The notes beneath the pieces are model-generated. The model had not been told where the DNA came from, ran no database searches, and saw nothing but the letters and a program-made list of their open reading frames with translations. Made by a program: the position numbers and the translations under genes. From the NCBI RefSeq assembly GCF_001194135.2, contig NC_068985.1, positions 60,648,337-60,712,336 on the forward strand: DNA of 64,000 bases, in the 5' to 3' direction. The stretch is from Octopus bimaculoides. Lineage: Eukaryota. Below, piece by piece: positions 1 to 64,000 of this stretch. How positions within the stretch are numbered: the first letter of the stretch is position 1; each line of letters begins with the position of its first letter.

Positions 1-20
1 ATATATATATACATATTTGA

Positions 21-60
<40 letters not shown>

Positions 61-189
61 TTATATACACCATAAACAAGTATTAAAAAATGGAGGAGAA
101 AAAGATGTTGAATCATGATTAGATTTTATACAAAATTGGATTCAATATATACGCACGTTTCAAAAACCAATGCAAATATGTAAGAAAAA

Positions 190-325
190 ATTAAGAAAAA
201 AGCAGCAGCAAAGTACAAAGAAAAGAGAATTGGGGCAAGGATGTCACCCTGCTCGACACCATTCTCTACAGGAACGGATCTCGCCATGCTACCACCAACA
301 TTGACCCAAGCCTCCATTCCATTGC
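190..325 (-). mobile_element. RTE-clade LINE reverse-transcriptase fragment
   Basis: ORF 126-317 reads VPVENGVEQGDILAPILFSLYF, matching the GVxQGxxLxPxLF RT motif. Confidence 0.65.
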
Positions 326-329
326 CTGT

Positions 330-1337
330 CAGTTTAGCGCAACTGACAGATGTCCACCCTGTGCTCGAAAAACAAAGAGTCTTTTATTTATAAAATCTGG
401 ACAGAACTTAAACATTTTATGTTGGAATGTGCTCACTCTGTTGGACAACAAGAGTGATTGTAGGCCTGAAAGATGCACTGCACTTGTTGCTCATGGGCTG
501 AACCATTATAACATTGATATAGCTGCACTCTCAGAGACTCATATAGAAGGTGATGGTCAGCTTGAGGAAGTAGGTGGTGGATACACCTTTTTTTAGAAAG
601 GAAGGCAGAAGTAGGAGCACAGAGAGGCTGGTGTTGGTTTTGCAGTCTGATCTGATATCCTTAAGAAGTTGGAAGAGCTCCCAGTTCCTATAAATGAATG
701 TATAATGACTCTACAGTTGCACTTGAAAGGTAGGCGGTTTGCTACTCTAATAAGTGCCTATGCACCTACTTTGACTAGCTGTGATGCAGCTAAAACAATC
801 TTTTATACCCAGCTGAGAGCCATACTTAAAAAAATCCCCAATTCTGATAAAGTCATTCTACTGGGGGATTTTAATGCCAGAGTTGGAACAGACTGGCAAA
901 CATGGAGCTCTCTAGGACGTTTTGGAGTAGGGAAAATGAATAGCAATGGTCTCATGCTACTGGAGCTTTGCGAAGAACATGGACTTTACATCGCAAGCGC
1001 TCATTTTATGCACAAAGGTGATCACACAACAACGTGGATGCATCCAAGGTCCAAAGTCTGGCACTTGCTGGATTATGTCATCATCCACAAGCGCGACATC
1101 TATGATATTTGTAATGTCAAGTCCTTTCATGGATCTGAATGCTGGACAGACCACAGTCTGGTGCAAAGTTCCAAATGGTAATTAGAGTGAAAGAGAGAAG
1201 AGGACCTGTCAGCATTCTTCGGCGTCTAAATGTCCACAAGGTATATGATGTTGGGGTTAGGAAAGAGCTTCAGACTCGCTTGTCCACCATTGAATATACT
1301 GCAGCATGGGAAGATTTTCATGGCCGTTTAAAGTATG
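330..1337 (+). mobile_element. RTE-clade LINE, degenerate 5' part (APE endonuclease)
   Basis: Contains WNV..TLLD, ALSET, SAYAPT, LLGDFNARVG, TTWMHPRSKVWHLLDY and WTDH motifs, with stops and frameshifts. Confidence 0.88.
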
Positions 1338-2420
1338 GGTGACTATAAGACCATCATCCCTATATAATCCTGCATATGTAAAAGGGAATTCTAGATGCAG
1401 ATTATCCAGAATATAAGTTCCTATAAGCATACACAACGCCACCCCAACATATGCCCACATCAGTACATCGAAAAGAGAATCCTCACTCTTTTTGACCGAG
1501 GTGGAATCATCCTCAAAAAGAAGGGATTTCCTTGCATGCAGGATAATATCTATTTCCAAGCTATCGATGGTGACATACTGCTTGGCAAAGATTAATGCTT
1601 TTAGAAGCAAAGGTCTTGATATTGACGGGTAAAAATTGACGATATCAGACTGCATAAATTTATGCTTGTAGCTAATCCCTTTGAACCAATCTATCACTGA
1701 CTTGCTATTTTTCCAAAGCCGTAAATTTAATTCACTATTTAACTTGATTAAAATACGATCTAAAATATAATGGTTAATAATGCCTATTTCAGTTTTAGCT
1801 GGGTTAATTAGTCTACATTTAAGGTTTCTATTGAAATTAGCTTTGTGGTCTTTCAGGGTAATAAAGGGGTGGCATGGGGAGAGGTATTCTATCCTCTTAC
1901 TAACTTTAAGGCTGTTAGCAATTCTTCTTGCCTCCAAATTCACCTCTTTATATGAATTTGTGTTATCTTTTTTGCAAGTGTCTGTAATACTGTTTGAAAA
2001 TAGACGTTTATAAACATCTTTGTCAACCACGTATAAGTTTTTTGTCTTGTTGGAGTTTACGAAGATCTTATCCGAATTCTTTATGTCTCTAAATTTTTCC
2101 TTCATATCTCTCTGGAGTTGGTTGTTGAATTTGTGGAATTTAAATTTTCTGGAAAGGTCTTTTTCAAAGGCTTCCAATTCCGAAATAGGTAATGGATTTT
2201 TGGAAGATTTAAGTCTGTATTTGTTTCCATTGGTATTGACGCAAACAAGAGAAACAAATGTCTATCTACTCCTGTAGGAGTAAATAGACAGCCGACAAAA
2301 AATGAAGGCTCATTCTTTATGTTACTTGACTTGTTTTCCATTTGTTTCTCTCGTTTGTATATTGAACACATTTGTTTTCGTATTTCATGTTGTTTACTGT
2401 TGGTGACGTCCTGTACCCAC
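1338..2420 (-). mobile_element. Penelope-like retroelement RT fragment (probably Naiad-type)
   Basis: ORF 1257-2177 contains PFITLKDHK, CRLINPAKTEIG, SDIVNFYPSIS, FDVLM and GLYRDDGL. It is truncated at a junction with the RTE fragment near 1338. The clade call is from recall of family motifs. Confidence 0.85.
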
Positions 2421-2712
2421 ATATGCATATGTATATAGATATATGTATATGTATATATATATATGTATATGTATATATATATATGTATATGTATATNNNN
2501 NNNNNNNNNNNNNNNNNNNNNNNNNNNNNNNNNNNNNNNNNNNNNNNNNNNNNNNNNNNNNNNNNNNNNNNNNNNNNNNNNNNNNNNNNNNNNNNNNNNN
2601 NNNNNNNNNNNNNNNNNNNNNNNNNNNNNNNNNNNNNNNNNNNNNNNNNNNNNNNNNNNNNNNNNNNNNNNNNNNNNNNNNNNNNNNNNNNNNNNNNNNN
2701 NNNNNNNNNNNN

Positions 2713-2743
<31 letters not shown>

Positions 2744-2892
2744 ATATATGTATATATATGTATGTATATGTATATATATGTATGTATGTATATATGTGTA
2801 TATATATATGTATATGTGTGTGTGTGTGTATATATATGTGTGTGTGTGTAATATGATAATTATAATAATAATAATGTCATTATTATTTGTAG

Positions 2893-63047
<60,155 letters not shown>

Positions 63048-63467
63048 GTAAAGATCTTCATATTTATAGATATTTTTCGTGTATGTATTAATGCATGTAT
63101 GAGTATATATTATGTATGTAAGTGTATGTATGTGTGTGCAAACCAATACAACTGTGCCTGGTTAAGCCGTTGATGGCTAAACTGGCAACCTCAGAAAACA
63201 TGCTTGGCAAGGAAGGTGAACTTTTGGACACTTTATGGGATGAAAACTTAAACTTGTCAAAGGACAGACAAACCAAAGAGAACCCATGGTCAACCAATAA
63301 TATGTGTCTGTGTAGTCACCTGGTTTAGTGGTTAAGTGTTGATTTCATAATCATAAGACCATGAGTCCAATTTCTGGATAGGGTGGTGTGTTGTCTTGAA
63401 GTAAGGAACTTCATTTCACAGTGTACTCAGTTTTTAACTGAACACCAACCCAATGCTGATGCTCACG

Positions 63468-63507
<40 letters not shown>

Positions 63508-64000
63508 TCTCCCCCTCTCTCTCTCTTTCTTTCTCTCTCTAGCTGTCACATTTTCAGTGTTCCACTGGATGAAGGGTGGAAGGGACAAGAGAATTTTTAT
63601 GTCTGCTCACAACTACAGATGCAATTAAAACAATTAGCAAAAGCATGGCATAAGCTACCAAGTCATACTGAGTCATACTAAGCTTTATGTGTGTGTGTAT
63701 GTATATATATATATACATATATATATATAGTTTCAAAATTTGAACAGAAATGCAACAAAGGATCAAATAGAAGATTCACACACAAGATGAGACATAGCGA
63801 ATTCCTCATCAAAAGATCCTTACAATTTCATGCCTTTAACAATAATATTGTTCACTTTTGGTGGTGTCAGCAGCAAGAAGCTTCTGGAATAGTAAATAGC
63901 GAACAAACACAACTAAATGTGAATATACAAACAATAAGATAGATATACATTATACAAACAATGTAAGGCCATGCAGCTCTAAGACAAGACAAATATATGG

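Overview
This is AT-rich, repeat-dense animal genomic DNA with N gaps and many microsatellites. The repeat repertoire looks like an octopus (coleoid cephalopod) assembly, which I infer from recalled repeat types and did not verify. There are no prokaryotic features, CRISPR arrays or rRNA. A large, partial multi-exon plus-strand gene spans the window (2893-63047, open at both ends). It encodes an Ig-domain, single-pass receptor tyrosine kinase-like protein whose intron phases match the FGFR/RET type. Its kinase exons are in frame and stop-free, but the catalytic loop (HRDLAARN -> SYRLTSAS) and DFG (-> GFG) are lost, so it is predicted to be a receptor pseudokinase. A second, probably protein-coding gene runs antisense and interleaved with it: exons at 28145-28255 and 12973-13083, plus a weaker candidate at 46679-46754. 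The introns hold Penelope-like elements, two of them with inverted terminal arms and one split by a Sola-like DNA transposon. They also hold a degenerate hammerhead-ribozyme-like motif, Tc1/mariner (maT, mariner, Tc1), RTE/CR1/Tx1 LINE fragments, hAT/piggyBac-type MITEs, tRNA-derived SINEs and a near-perfect hairpin next to the transmembrane exon. All calls come from manual reading and translation; no database searches were run.
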